Shown in pieces: positions 40,197 through 51,060 of a stretch of DNA of 64,000 nucleotides (position 1 is its first letter; every line of letters begins with the position of its first letter). A model generated the notes under the pieces. That model saw only the letters and a list, made by a program, of their open reading frames with translations, had not been told where the DNA came from and did not search any database. Origin of the DNA: an uncultured Acidimicrobiaceae bacterium (GTDB taxonomy: Bacteria > Actinomycetota > Acidimicrobiia > Acidimicrobiales > RAAP-2); NCBI GenBank assembly GCA_963823815.1, contig CAWGMU010000003.1:326442-390441 (forward strand), written 5' to 3'. A program made the position numbers and the translations under genes.

Positions 40197-41604
40197 ATGA
40201 GTAATAGGAAACACATGAGCAAGGGCCGACTGCACCGGTTCATCGCCGGGGCTTCGGTCGCGGCGATGGTCGCGGCGGGGGCCGTTGGAGCAACCGGCGC
40301 GGGTTCGGCGGGCGCTTCGAGCAAGGTCTCGATTTCGGTGGCCTACGCGGCGAACACCACCTTCGACACGACGCCACTCGGCCACACGTGGTGGACGGCG
40401 GTGAAGAAGGAGTTCGAGACGAAGTATCCGAACGTCACGGTCAACCTCATACCGGTCCAGGGCGGCGAGCCCGACTTCTTGACGAAGTTGGCGCTGCTGT
40501 ACCACACGGCGTCAACGGCACCGACGATTGCCCAGTTCCCGTCGACCGAGATTGCCCTCTACGCCTCGACGGACTACCTGATGTCGATGAACTCGTACCT
40601 CGCCACTTCGTCGTGGTTCAAGGAGTACCCGACGGTCATCCAGAACGAGGGCAAGATCAACGGCAAGATCTACGCGGTGAGCGCCGGCGAGAACAACAAC
40701 GGCATCTACTACGACAACGCGATCCTCCAAAAGGCGGGGATCAAACTGCCGTGGCAGCCGAAGACCTGGCAGGACATCATCACCGCCGCGCAGGCGATCA
40801 AGAAGGCTGAGCCGAAGGTGATTCCGCTGTGGCTGGACGCTGGAACGGCCGCCGGTCCCAACGGCGCCGGCTACGGCATCTTGAACCTGCTCGCCGGGTC
40901 GAGCACGCCGACGATCCAGACCTCGAGCGGCAAGATGGTCGTTGGGAGCCCGGGACTGCTGCAGGCGCTCGAACTTCTACCACACCGTCTTCGCGGACGG
41001 CCTCGGTGCGCCCACGTCGCAGCTCTTCAGCCCGAACAACGCGCCGAACATACCTTCGGCGGACTTCGCCAAGGGGACGCTCGGCATTGCGGTCAGCGCG
41101 AACTTCATCGGTGGCAACTGGACCAAGCAAGTGAGCTTCCCGTTCTGGTCGAAGGCCTCGACCGCCATGGGTGTCGCGGGCCTGCCTACGGCCAGCGGCA
41201 AGGGCTACGCCTCGACGCTCAGTGGCTGGGACTACGGCATTTCGTCAGGGGCCACCTCGGCTCAGGCGACGGCCGCCGAGAACTTCTTGAACATTGCCCA
41301 GGAGCCGACCAACTTGATTGACGCCGCCAACTGGGCCGGGTGGGTTCCACCGGTGCAGACCGACTGGTCCGTCCCGCTCTACAAGAACTTCGACGCGCCC
41401 TTCGCCGAGGAGTTTGGCAAGTTGCTGCCGTACTCGTCGGAGCTCCCGTCGAGCGCTAACTACTCGGTGTGGGTGCAGGGCATCGAAGAGGCCAGTGGGG
41501 CGATTGCTGAGAAGCCCAGCACCACTGGAGCTCAGGCCGAGGCGCAGATGAACAGCTTCGTCACGAACCAGCTCGGATCCAGCGCCGTCACGACGCTGAA
41601 ATAG
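40197..41604 (+). CDS. Carbohydrate ABC substrate-binding protein, split by a +1 frameshift near 40971
   Basis: Signal peptide, FETKYPNVTV, GKIYAV, YYD and WQPKTW. The C-half (NFYHTVF...STLSGW...) continues in the next frame. Confidence 0.86.
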
Positions 41605-41634
41605 GACCACGAAAGTTGAGATGAGGAGGGCTCG

Positions 41635-42561
41635 GTGACGGTGTCAACGCTGGAGGCAGACACCGTCACCGACCTCCCCATCGCCGATCTGTGGAAACGC
41701 CGTCAGGATAAGACGCGTTTCCAGTGGAGCAGCCTGGCCCTGTTGACGCCAGCCTTCGCGCTGCTCATCATCCTCTTTCTCATCCCGATGGGCTACGCGG
41801 TCTACCTCGGGCTGACCAACCTGACCCTCGTCGGGCCGACCGCCCTCAAATGGGGATTCACCGGCGCTCAGAATCTGGAACGTCTCAAGTCCGACACGTC
41901 GTTCTGGATCTCGCTCCGAGTGACCGGCGTCTTCATCGTCGGCTCGATCGTGGGCGTCGTCATCGTCGGTTACGGACTCGCCTCCTTGCTGTTGCGCGCC
42001 CGACCGTGGCTGCGGGTCATCGTCGGAGGGATCGTCGTCGTCGCCTGGATGATGCCGGCCGTCACGGCGGGTATGACCTGGTACGCCTCGACGACCGGCG
42101 CGGGCACGTTCGCGACGCTCCTCGGGACGCCGAACACCAACTTCCTCGACAGCCAGCCGCTGCTCATCGTGACGCTGGCGAACATCTGGTCCATGACGGG
42201 CTTCTCCATGCTGGTGATGGGGGCGGCGTTGCGCAACATCCCGAGCGAAGCCATCGAGGCCGCGGTCGTCGAGAACGCCTCGGTCTGGCAACGCTTTCGC
42301 ATGATCGTGCTGCCACTCATGCGGTCCACGATGATCGCGGTGGTGTTGCTCGTCGCGCTGCTCTCGCTCGCCAACTTCTCGTTGATCTACATCATGACCC
42401 AGGGCGGTCCGGGCAACGCCACGAACATCCTGCCCCTCTACTCCTACCAACAGGCCTTCTCCTACAACAACCTGGCCTACGGCGCGTTGATCGGCAACGT
42501 CATGGTCGTCATCGCGACGATCTTCGGCGCGCTCTACGTTCGAATCGCGCGGCAACGATGA
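41635..42561 (+). CDS. Carbohydrate ABC permease
   Basis: IPSEAIEAAVVENA (EAA variant), MTQGGPG and AYGA. Confidence 0.9.
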   Translation: MTVSTLEADTVTDLPIADLWKRRQDKTRFQWSSLALLTPAFALLIILFLIPMGYAVYLGLTNLTLVGPTALKWGFTGAQNLERLKSDTSFWISLRVTGVFIVGSIVGVVIVGYGLASLLLRARPWLRVIVGGIVVVAWMMPAVTAGMTWYASTTGAGTFATLLGTPNTNFLDSQPLLIVTLANIWSMTGFSMLVMGAALRNIPSEAIEAAVVENASVWQRFRMIVLPLMRSTMIAVVLLVALLSLANFSLIYIMTQGGPGNATNILPLYSYQQAFSYNNLAYGALIGNVMVVIATIFGALYVRIARQR

Positions 42562-43460
42562 GCACGGTGGACGACGTCGCGCTGTCGGATCCCGGTGAGC
42601 CGCCGGTCGAGGTGGCGGCGCCGGCGATGCCGCCCGAGAACCGCCCAACCCAGCGCACCGCGCTGCGCAGTCTGTCGTCGAACTCTCTGCTCGGGGCGAT
42701 CGGGCTGCTGTTCGTCGCGCCGATGCTGTGGCTGCTTCTCGCCTCGATCGACTCCCACGCGTCCTTCGGTGTCGAGTGGCCCCACTTCTCGCTCATCAAC
42801 TTCAAGCACGTGCTGAGCGGGACGCTCCTGCACTCGCTCCTCAACAGCATCATCCTGGCCGTGATCTCGACGGCGATCGCTTCGGTCGCGGGCGTGTTCG
42901 CCGCCTACTCGTTCTCGCGACGCAAGATCCCCTTCAAGGGCCCGTTGCTGCTCTTCATTCTCTTCTCCTCGGGCGTGCCGCTCACGATCATGGTGATCCC
43001 GGTGTACGAGATCTTCGCCCGCTTCGGCTTCCTCTCGATCCTGCCGACGGCCCTCTTCCTGTCGGTGACCTCGCTGCCCTTCGAGGTCTACCTGATGAAG
43101 AACTTCATCGACGCGGTGCCCTTCGACCTCGAAGAGGCCGCTCGGATGGAGCGCGCCAGCACCTGGCAGATCCTGCGTCGAGTGATCGTGCCCCTCGCGC
43201 TGCCCGGCATCGCCGCGGCGGCGATCTTCGGCTTCGTGAACGCCTGGGGCTCGTTCATCGTCCCGCTCATCTTGATCAGCTCCCAGAACCAGCAGCCCGC
43301 GCCGATTGCGCTCTACACCTTCCTCACCCTGCCCAAGACCGAGTTCGGCAACATCGCGGCGTACTCGCTGGTGTTTTGCGTCCCGGTCTTCGTGCTCTAC
43401 GCCGCCTCCGCCCGCCTCTTCCGAGAGGGATTCGTTCTCGGCGGGGGCATCAAGGGATGA
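42558..43460 (+). CDS. Carbohydrate ABC permease
   Basis: AAYSFSR, LEEAARMERA, AWGSF and C-terminal GGIKG. ATGA overlap with the upstream permease. Confidence 0.9.
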   Translation: MSTVDDVALSDPGEPPVEVAAPAMPPENRPTQRTALRSLSSNSLLGAIGLLFVAPMLWLLLASIDSHASFGVEWPHFSLINFKHVLSGTLLHSLLNSIILAVISTAIASVAGVFAAYSFSRRKIPFKGPLLLFILFSSGVPLTIMVIPVYEIFARFGFLSILPTALFLSVTSLPFEVYLMKNFIDAVPFDLEEAARMERASTWQILRRVIVPLALPGIAAAAIFGFVNAWGSFIVPLILISSQNQQPAPIALYTFLTLPKTEFGNIAAYSLVFCVPVFVLYAASARLFREGFVLGGGIKG

Positions 43461-43506
43461 GCGAAGCGCGCACGAGGTACCGCGTCAACAAGAAGGCGGA
43501 GGACTA

Positions 43507-44610
43507 GTGAGCGACCGTCTGCGCGTGGGCGTCGTCGGCACGGGGGTGATCGCCCAGGTGATGCACCTTCACTTCCTGCGCGAGCTCGCCGATCGCTACG
43601 AGGTCGTGGCCCTCTGCGATATCTCGGCAGCGAGCGCCAACGCGTGTGCCACCGACTACAACGTGCCCGAGGTCTTCACCGACTGGCGAGAGATGCTTCG
43701 CCGACCCCTCGACGCCGTCTTCATCTTGACCTCGGGGAGTCACGCGCCCCTCGCGATCGCGGCCGCAAAAGAGGGCCGTCACGTCTTCGTGGAGAAGCCC
43801 ATGTGCTTCTCAGCCGCCGAGGGCGTCGAGATGATCGAAGCCGCGAAGGACACCGGCGTGACGTTGATGGTCGGTTACCCGAAGCGCTACGACGGTGCCT
43901 TTCGGCGCTTCAAGCTGGAAGCCGACCAGCTGGAAGAGAAGCGCCTCCTCCGCGTGACGACGACGGAGTCGCCGTTCCTGCCCTACGTGCGCCACTACGG
44001 CCTGCATCCTCCCGCGAACGACGTCGATAAGGACGTCCTCGCCGCCCTTCGGGCCGACAGCGAGGCGAGGCTGCGTGATGCCCTCGGCACGGATGACGAG
44101 TTCCTCCTCACCCAGTACCAAGCTGTGCTCCTCGACACGCTCGTCCACGAGATCAACACCGTGCGCGCGGTGCTCGGCGAACCCGCGTCCCTCGACTACG
44201 TCGATCTCCGTCCCGGCCAGGCGACGGTGCTCCTCGGCTACGGCCCGACGCAGGCGGCGATCCACTGGGTGGATACACCGAACATGACCCGCTACTCGAT
44301 GGAGTTCGCGCTGCTCGCCGCCGGCGGGCGGGTCACGCTCACGTTCCCCTCGCCGTATCTTCGCAACGCGCCCGCGTCGCTCGTCGTCGAAGGGGGCAGT
44401 GCCGACTCGACGACGTCGTGGCGTCGCGAGGAGACGACGGACTACGAGAGCGGCTTCAAGGAGGAGCTTCGCGTCTTCTACGACGCCGTCACCGCGGGGG
44501 GACCCGTGCCGACCGACGGCACGGACGGCGTGCGCGACGTGGCGCTCTGCCAGGCGATCATCCGCTGCGCGCACACGCGCCAGCCCGTCGAGCGGCCAAC
44601 CGACTTCTAG
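43507..44610 (+). CDS. Gfo/Idh/MocA oxidoreductase
   Basis: GVVGTG, HVFVEKP and VGYPKRYD. Confidence 0.9.
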   Translation: MSDRLRVGVVGTGVIAQVMHLHFLRELADRYEVVALCDISAASANACATDYNVPEVFTDWREMLRRPLDAVFILTSGSHAPLAIAAAKEGRHVFVEKPMCFSAAEGVEMIEAAKDTGVTLMVGYPKRYDGAFRRFKLEADQLEEKRLLRVTTTESPFLPYVRHYGLHPPANDVDKDVLAALRADSEARLRDALGTDDEFLLTQYQAVLLDTLVHEINTVRAVLGEPASLDYVDLRPGQATVLLGYGPTQAAIHWVDTPNMTRYSMEFALLAAGGRVTLTFPSPYLRNAPASLVVEGGSADSTTSWRREETTDYESGFKEELRVFYDAVTAGGPVPTDGTDGVRDVALCQAIIRCAHTRQPVERPTDF

Positions 44611-44663
44611 GGTTGGTCATCGCACCTTCGCGCAGCACCTGACGCGACGAGAGAGAGGCAGTA

Positions 44664-45581
44664 ATGAAGTTGACGGTAGCGAATGCGCCGATCAGTTACG
44701 GGGCCTTCGAGTTGACGGTGGGCGTCGACCCGAACGTCCCCGACGGCGAGATGGTGCTCGACGAGGTGCAGCGCGCCGGCTACGCCGGCATCGACCTCGG
44801 ACCCGTCGGCTACCTCGGCGACGGTGCGGAACTGGCGAAGCGACTCGCCGCGCGCAACCTCGGACTCGCCGGGGCGTACCTGGAGTTCCCCTTCAGCGAC
44901 CCCGACGCGCTGCCGGCGCTCTACCCAGAACTCGACGCCCTGCTCGACATTTTCGACGCCGTCGCGGGCGCGATTCCCGGTCCGTCGCCACGCCCGACGA
45001 TCGCCGACGCGGGCAGTGCCGCGCGCCGCGCCGCGCCGGGACGCAGTTCGATTGACCACTCGGTGGGGCTCGACGACGACGGCTGGTCGCGCTTTCGCGT
45101 TGGCGTGGCGACGATCGTCGAACGCTGCCGCGCCCGGGGCTACGAGCCCACGTTCCACCCCGAGACGGGCACCTTCGTCGAGGCGCCGTGGGAGTTCGCG
45201 AAGGTCATCGAACTCTCGGAGGTTGGCATGTGCCTCGAGACCGGCCACCTCTTCGTCGGTGGGGGAGATCCTCTCGCCATCTTGCGTGAGTGGTCCGGTC
45301 GGATCAACCACGTGCACCTAAAGGACGCGGTGCGCTCGGTGATGGACGGCATCATCGCCGACCACGAACCCGCGACGGCCATCTGGGGACGTGAGGCGTT
45401 CTGCGCCCTCGGCGAAGGTGACGTCAACCTCATCGGCGTGCTCGAAGAGCTCGATCGGCTCGACTTTGAGGGGTGGCTTGTCGTCGAGCAGGACATCTTT
45501 CCCCAGACCGCGGCACGCTTCGCGAAGGCGATTGAGGATCAACGGGCCAACCGGGAGTTCCTCGCGAGCCATGGCGTCTAA
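44664..45581 (+). CDS. IolE-like inosose dehydratase / sugar-phosphate isomerase TIM barrel
   Basis: ANAPISYG, LGP.GYL, FHP, ETGH, HVHLKD, LG.GDV and WLVVEQD. Confidence 0.8.
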   Translation: MKLTVANAPISYGAFELTVGVDPNVPDGEMVLDEVQRAGYAGIDLGPVGYLGDGAELAKRLAARNLGLAGAYLEFPFSDPDALPALYPELDALLDIFDAVAGAIPGPSPRPTIADAGSAARRAAPGRSSIDHSVGLDDDGWSRFRVGVATIVERCRARGYEPTFHPETGTFVEAPWEFAKVIELSEVGMCLETGHLFVGGGDPLAILREWSGRINHVHLKDAVRSVMDGIIADHEPATAIWGREAFCALGEGDVNLIGVLEELDRLDFEGWLVVEQDIFPQTAARFAKAIEDQRANREFLASHGV

Positions 45582-46512
45582 CGCCGCCCCGTTTCGACTC
45601 GGGCTGGTCGGCGCCGGGCGGATGGGCCAGACCCACCTGCGCGCCCTCGCGAGCGCGGACGACGTTTCCTTCATCGCGGTCGCCGAACTCGTGGAATCGC
45701 TGCGCGACAGGGCGGTCGCCAACTTCGGCGTGACGGGCTACTCCTCGGTCGCCGATCTCCTCGGTGACACGCGTCTCGACGGCGTCGTCATCGTCAGCCC
45801 GAGCGACACGCACGTCGAGGTGGTGGAACTGGTCGCTGCGGCGGGACTCCCGATCCTGTGCGAGAAGCCCTGCGGGGTGAGCCCTGACGACGCTCGTCGA
45901 GCGCGCGAGCTCGTCGTCGCGGCTGGGGTCGCCCTCCAGGTCGCCTACTGGCGTCGCTTCGTACCCGAGCTCCAGTTGTTGCGTGAGCGGATCCTCAGTG
46001 GGCACTTCGGCGAGATCCTCTCGTTCTCCTGTCTCCAGTGGGACGGCGAGCCGCCCGCGTCGTCGTTCCGCGCCCGCAGTGGCGGCATCTTCATCGACAT
46101 GGGCGTGCACGAGTTCGACCAGGCCCGGTGGTTGACGTCAAGTGACGTCGGAGCGCTCTTCGCCGTCGCCTCGGGCGTCGTCGACGCGAACGCCGGCGGC
46201 GACCCCGATGGCGCCCAGGTGCTCGCCCGCATGACGAACAACGCGGCGGCGCTCGTCTCCCTCGGTCGCCACTACGCGGGCGGCGACATGGCGAGTGTCG
46301 AGGTCTTCGGTACCCGCGACCACGAATGGACGATGTTCCTTCGCCCCGAAGACGGCGAGCGCGCTCAACTCGAGGCACTGCGTCGTCAAGCCTCGGCCTT
46401 CGCCGGACTCGCTCGCGGTGGCCCGGCGCTCGGCGCGAGTGTCGACGACGCCATCGCGGCGCTTGAGGCGGCGTCGGAGGCCGCCACGCAGATCGGCAAC
46501 GCGGGGAAGTGA
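45571..46512 (+). CDS. Gfo/Idh/MocA oxidoreductase, inositol 2-dehydrogenase (IolG)-like
   Basis: GAGRMG, CEKP, RRF and SGGIFIDMGVHEFDQARW. Confidence 0.85.
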   Translation: MASNAAPFRLGLVGAGRMGQTHLRALASADDVSFIAVAELVESLRDRAVANFGVTGYSSVADLLGDTRLDGVVIVSPSDTHVEVVELVAAAGLPILCEKPCGVSPDDARRARELVVAAGVALQVAYWRRFVPELQLLRERILSGHFGEILSFSCLQWDGEPPASSFRARSGGIFIDMGVHEFDQARWLTSSDVGALFAVASGVVDANAGGDPDGAQVLARMTNNAAALVSLGRHYAGGDMASVEVFGTRDHEWTMFLRPEDGERAQLEALRRQASAFAGLARGGPALGASVDDAIAALEAASEAATQIGNAGK

Positions 46513-47651
46513 TGAGCGACGAGCTGCGCGTCGCCATCGTCGGTTACGGCATGACGGGTCGGGCGCACGCCTACGCCTACCGCGCCGCACCGCTGCTGCG
46601 CCCCGCGCCGGTGCGTTTCGTGCCGGTCGTCATGACCGGCCGCGACGAGGCGGCGCTTGCGGCGGCGTCGTCGGCATTGGGCGTTGAAGAGTGGATGACG
46701 GATTGGCGCGACGCCGTCGCGCGTGCCGACGTCGACGTCGTCGATATCTGCACGCCCCCGGGCACGCACGCCGAGATCGCCGTCGCCGCGGCGGCGGCCG
46801 GAAAGGCCGTCGTCTGCGAGAAACCGCTCGCCACGAGCTACGCCGACGCAGCGAGGGCGCGCGACGCGGTGGTGGCGGCCGGCGTTCGCAACGCCGTCAT
46901 GTTCAACTACCGCCACCTTCCGGCGCTCGCGTTGATGGCCGAGATGGTGAGAAGCGGCGAGCTGGGCGAGATACGACTGTGGCGCGGGACCTGGCTCTCT
47001 GATGAGTTCGTCGATCCCGACATCGCCTTCGACTGGCGTTTCGAGTCGGCGATGGGCGGCTCGACCATCGCCGACCTCGGCAGTCATCTCGTCGACCTGG
47101 CGACGTGGATGCTCGGGCCGGTCGCCGAGGTCACCGCGACGTCCTCCACCTTCATCGAGGATCGGCGTCAGGGAGCGACGAGTCGCCGAGTGGAGATCGA
47201 CGACGCGTCCTCGGCGCTCGTGCGTTTCGCCTCGGGCGCACAGGGAACGATGGAAGTTGCGCGCGTGGCTCCACGTCGGCCGTGTGATGTCATCGTTGAG
47301 GTGAACGGGAGTCGCGGGACTGCGTCGTTCTCGTACGCCCGGCTGAATGAGCTCTGGTTCGGGTCCGTCGATGACGAGTCGCGCCACTACGGTCTGCGCC
47401 GAATCAGAGCGGAGCATCCCCTCCACCCCGAGACGGCGGGTTGGTGGCCGATTGGCCAAGGAGTCGGCTACGAAGCAAGCTTCATCAACTCGATGGCCGA
47501 CCTCGCCGCGTCGTGGCCGAGCGGTCAGTGGACACCGAGCTTCGCCGACGGCGCGCAAGTGGCCGCCGTCTGCGCGGCGATGGAGCGGAGCGCGCTCGAG
47601 CGACGCTGGGTCGAGGTCGCCGAAGTGACCGATGAGCAGATAGGCACCTGA
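46512..47651 (+). CDS. Gfo/Idh/MocA oxidoreductase
   Basis: VGYG, CEKPLA, FNYR..PA, WRF and DLGSHLVD. Confidence 0.9.
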   Translation: MSDELRVAIVGYGMTGRAHAYAYRAAPLLRPAPVRFVPVVMTGRDEAALAAASSALGVEEWMTDWRDAVARADVDVVDICTPPGTHAEIAVAAAAAGKAVVCEKPLATSYADAARARDAVVAAGVRNAVMFNYRHLPALALMAEMVRSGELGEIRLWRGTWLSDEFVDPDIAFDWRFESAMGGSTIADLGSHLVDLATWMLGPVAEVTATSSTFIEDRRQGATSRRVEIDDASSALVRFASGAQGTMEVARVAPRRPCDVIVEVNGSRGTASFSYARLNELWFGSVDDESRHYGLRRIRAEHPLHPETAGWWPIGQGVGYEASFINSMADLAASWPSGQWTPSFADGAQVAAVCAAMERSALERRWVEVAEVTDEQIGT

Positions 47652-47819
47652 TGACCTGAGGTTCCCGGGTAGATAGTCCAGCGCGCCACCATCGTCATCC
47701 GAAAGTCCTCTCGATCAGCAACCGTCCGTCGGCGGTAGGTACCTTGACACTCGCGCCCCTTCGCCCTTACCTTGGAGTCGAGGAGGGCTACGAGTTAGTT
47801 GTCCGCGGAGGGAGAGGCC

Positions 47820-49259
47820 ATGAAGTGCGCCACCCTTCCTCACCGCGCAGTCCGTGGCCTCGCCGGCGTGCTCGTCATTGCGGGAGCGCTCTTCTTCTGT
47901 GCGCCCGTCCATCCGGCCGGCGCCGCACTGACCGGGCGCTTGTTGGACGTCGCCGACATGCCGCGGGGCTGGCACGAGCACGCGATCTCTCCGTCGTCCG
48001 TGTCGACGGTGAAGTCCGGATGTCTCGCCCACGCGACGACAAGTCCGCGCAAGGGCGTTCGCAAAGCCGAAACGTACCTGACGGAGGGCGCTGGCCTCCC
48101 CTCATTCACTGAGGTCCTCCTACGCGATTCGAAGGCGACCTCGGACTGGGCAAAAGGAGCGGCGGTGCTCTCGAAGTGCTCGTCGCTCACCTTCCGCCTG
48201 GGCACACTGACGGTCCACGCGTCGTTGAATCCGCTCACGCTGCCGACCTTCGCTGACAGCTCGTCGGCCTTCGTGCTGCACTTCACCGTCGCGGGACTCT
48301 CCATCGTGGAGGACCTCGCGCTCTTCCGGCAGGGCGACTACGAGGGCTTTCTCGAGTACGCCGACACGGTCTCTCAGAGTGCGAGCACCTTCGTGACTCT
48401 TGCGCGGGCTGCGGTATCGAAGGTCGAGGGAGTGGCGGTCCACGTGGCGGCGCTCTCCGTGACCTCCATCCGCGAAACCGAGGCGCACAGCACCGACGGG
48501 AGCGTCGGCTACCGCGTCTTCGGCTCGGGCCCGCCACTCGTGCTGATCACTGGCTACAGCGGGACCATGGAGAGCTGGGACCCGCGCTTCGTCGACGCCC
48601 TCGCCCAGCACTTCCGCGTCTACATCTTCGACAACGCCGGCATCGGCCGCACGACCGCCGTCGAACCGCTCACCGTGGACGCCATGGCCGACCAGACGAG
48701 CGCGTTCATTAGCGCCCTCGGTCTCGCCCGGCCCGACGTGCTCGGGTGGTCGATGGGCAGCATGATCGCCCAAGCCCTCGCCGTGCGCCATCCCGACCAG
48801 GTGCGTCGACTCGTCCTGTGCGCGACGTATCCCGGAGACGGCTCCGCCGTCGTGCCACCGCAGAAGAACATCGACGCGCTGAAGAGCGGCGTACCGACGA
48901 AGGAGCTCGCCGAACTCTTCCCACCGTCGCAACAGGGAGCCGCGGAGGCCTACGCGACGGCAACCGCCGACTTCCCCGCTGCGAATCCGGCACCCGAGAA
49001 GGTAGTCGCGGGCCAGGCCACTGCCATCACGTCGTGGTGGGCCGGCAAGGACGTCGCCGGTCGCCACTCGGCGTCGATCGCCGTGCCCACGCTCATCGCC
49101 GACGGGAGCGAGGACCGACTCGACGCGTCGAAGAACGACCAGGACGTGGCCAACATCATTCACGGAGCAAAGTTGGCGTTGTTTCAGGGGGCCGGGCACG
49201 CCTTCTTGTTCCAAGACGAAGCCGCCTTCGTGCCCAAGGTTGTCGCGTTCCTCAAGTAG
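47820..49259 (+). CDS. Secreted two-domain protein: unknown N-terminal domain plus alpha/beta hydrolase
   Basis: Signal peptide ending AGA. The C-domain has GWSMG, D.L and GHAF. TTGACA-N18-TACCTT lies upstream (47744-47773). Confidence 0.82.
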   Translation: MKCATLPHRAVRGLAGVLVIAGALFFCAPVHPAGAALTGRLLDVADMPRGWHEHAISPSSVSTVKSGCLAHATTSPRKGVRKAETYLTEGAGLPSFTEVLLRDSKATSDWAKGAAVLSKCSSLTFRLGTLTVHASLNPLTLPTFADSSSAFVLHFTVAGLSIVEDLALFRQGDYEGFLEYADTVSQSASTFVTLARAAVSKVEGVAVHVAALSVTSIRETEAHSTDGSVGYRVFGSGPPLVLITGYSGTMESWDPRFVDALAQHFRVYIFDNAGIGRTTAVEPLTVDAMADQTSAFISALGLARPDVLGWSMGSMIAQALAVRHPDQVRRLVLCATYPGDGSAVVPPQKNIDALKSGVPTKELAELFPPSQQGAAEAYATATADFPAANPAPEKVVAGQATAITSWWAGKDVAGRHSASIAVPTLIADGSEDRLDASKNDQDVANIIHGAKLALFQGAGHAFLFQDEAAFVPKVVAFLK

Positions 49260-49375
49260 GAGGCCGCGATGGGCGAGGATTCAATCAGTCGCGAACGCCG
49301 CGAGATCGCGCGCGGTTTCGCGGCGTCGTGGGTCCAACCGGGCCGCGATCGCCGGGTCAAGCGGCACGGTCGGTC

Positions 49376-50416
49376 TTAGAAGGTGGCGGCGTCGATCACG
49401 AAGCGATACTTGACGTCGCTCGCGACCGTCCGCGCCCAGGCGGTGTTGACGTAGTCCGCCGCGACGACCTCGACGTCGGCGGTGAGATCGTGCTCCGCGC
49501 AGAAGTCCATCATCTCCTGGAGCTCGCGCATCCCTCCGGCCATCGATCCCGCGAGCGAGCGGCGCTTGTTCACGAGCGGACCCGCCTCGACGCGGTAGGG
49601 CCTCGCGGGCAGGCCGACGATCACGAGCGACCCGTCGACCTTCAACAGTTCGAGGTACGGCGCGAGGTCGAGGTCGGCCGACACCGCGTTCAAGATGAGG
49701 TCGTAGGAGCCGGTGTGCTCGCGGGCCGTCGCCGCGTCGAGGTCGGTGACGAAGTGGTCCGCACCGAGTCGCAAAGCGTCCTCGCGCTTGCTCGGCGAAT
49801 GAGAGAAGACGGTCGTCTCGGCACCGAGCGCGTGGGAGAACTTGACGCCCATGTGGCCGAGTCCTCCGAGTCCGATGATCCCGACGCGCTTGCCGGGCGC
49901 CGCTCCCCAGTGACGCAGCGGCGAGTAGAGGGTGATCCCGGCGCACAGCAGTGGCGCGACGCTCGCGAAGTCCAGGTTGTCCGCGACGTGCACGGCGTAG
50001 GTCTCGTCGACCACGAACCGAGTGCAGTAGCCGCCGTAGGTTACGGTCTTGCCGTCGCGCTCGAGGGCGTTGTAGGTCCCGGTCGGGTCGGTCGTGCAGT
50101 ACTGCTGGTCGCCGACGACGCAGTAGTCGCACGTTCGGCACGAGTCGATGAAGGTGCCCACCCCGATGCGGTCGCCGACCTCGAACTTCTTCGCCGCAGA
50201 CCCCGTCGCCGTAACGACGCCGACTATCTCGTGACCGGGGACCATCGGGAAGATCGACGCACCCCAGTCCTCGTCGACCTGGTGAATGTCCGAGTGACAC
50301 ACCCCTGAGAATCGCACGTCGAAGGCGACGTCGTGCGCGCCGACGTCGCGACGCTCGAACGCAAAGGGGACGAGCGGCTCCTTGGCGCGGAGTGCCGCGT
50401 AGCCAGCGGTCTTCAT
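49376..50416 (-). CDS. NADP-dependent cinnamyl-type alcohol dehydrogenase (AdhC/YahK-like)
   Basis: GVCHSD, PGHEIVG, CRTCDYC, APLLCAGIT, GLGGLG and VKYRFVID. Confidence 0.94.
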   Translation of the reverse strand: MKTAGYAALRAKEPLVPFAFERRDVGAHDVAFDVRFSGVCHSDIHQVDEDWGASIFPMVPGHEIVGVVTATGSAAKKFEVGDRIGVGTFIDSCRTCDYCVVGDQQYCTTDPTGTYNALERDGKTVTYGGYCTRFVVDETYAVHVADNLDFASVAPLLCAGITLYSPLRHWGAAPGKRVGIIGLGGLGHMGVKFSHALGAETTVFSHSPSKREDALRLGADHFVTDLDAATAREHTGSYDLILNAVSADLDLAPYLELLKVDGSLVIVGLPARPYRVEAGPLVNKRRSLAGSMAGGMRELQEMMDFCAEHDLTADVEVVAADYVNTAWARTVASDVKYRFVIDAATF

Positions 50417-50542
50417 GACGTTTCTCTCCGTTCGGCGGCGGTCAGGGACGACGTTGACTCTATTCGAGCCTCCCGTAAAACCGAGAACCGACTGCTGGAG
50501 CACGGGTCATCTTCGAGACCGCGCTCGAGACGGCCACGTAAG

Positions 50543-50950
50543 ATGCGGCCATACCACGGATCGCATGCCAGCACGGAGGATCGCATTCCAGCACGAGTAG
50601 GGAACATCACCTTCGATTGCGACGACGCGCTTCGGGTCGCGAGGTTCTGGTCCGACGCCCTTGGACGGCCGCTCGACCCTGGCAGTGGCCCGGGTTACGC
50701 GTCGATCGGTCTTCTCGATGCTGAGCGAACTGAGCCGGCTTGGTTCTTCGAGAAGGTCCCGGAGTCCAAGATGGCCAAGAACCGTGTGCACGTGGATCTG
50801 ATGGACGATGACCCCGCGGCTGTGGCGCGATTGGTGACCCTAGGCGCGACCGTCGTGGGCGAGCACCGCGCGGGAAGCCACCGCTGGACGGTGATGCAGG
50901 ACCCCGAAGGTAATGAGTTCTGCATCGCCGAAGGCAGCTACACCGGTTGA
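50543..50950 (+). CDS. VOC/glyoxalase-like protein (start ambiguous)
   Basis: ITFDC.D, FW..ALG, KNRVHVDL and DPEGNEFC. Confidence 0.88.
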   Translation: MRPYHGSHASTEDRIPARVGNITFDCDDALRVARFWSDALGRPLDPGSGPGYASIGLLDAERTEPAWFFEKVPESKMAKNRVHVDLMDDDPAAVARLVTLGATVVGEHRAGSHRWTVMQDPEGNEFCIAEGSYTG

Positions 50951-51060
50951 TTCGCGAGACGCCCTTTGCGCCTGATCTAGCCGCCCACGCGACCGTCACC
51001 ACCGACTCATCGTCGAAGGAGCGGACCGGTTTCCCCGACGAAACGAGGCGGTGCGTCGCG

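Noticed and set aside
47648-47710. CTGATGA...GAAA resembling a hammerhead ribozyme core
   Set aside because: Stem II cannot close (C after CUGAUGA and C before GAAA), and no convincing stems I or III are present.
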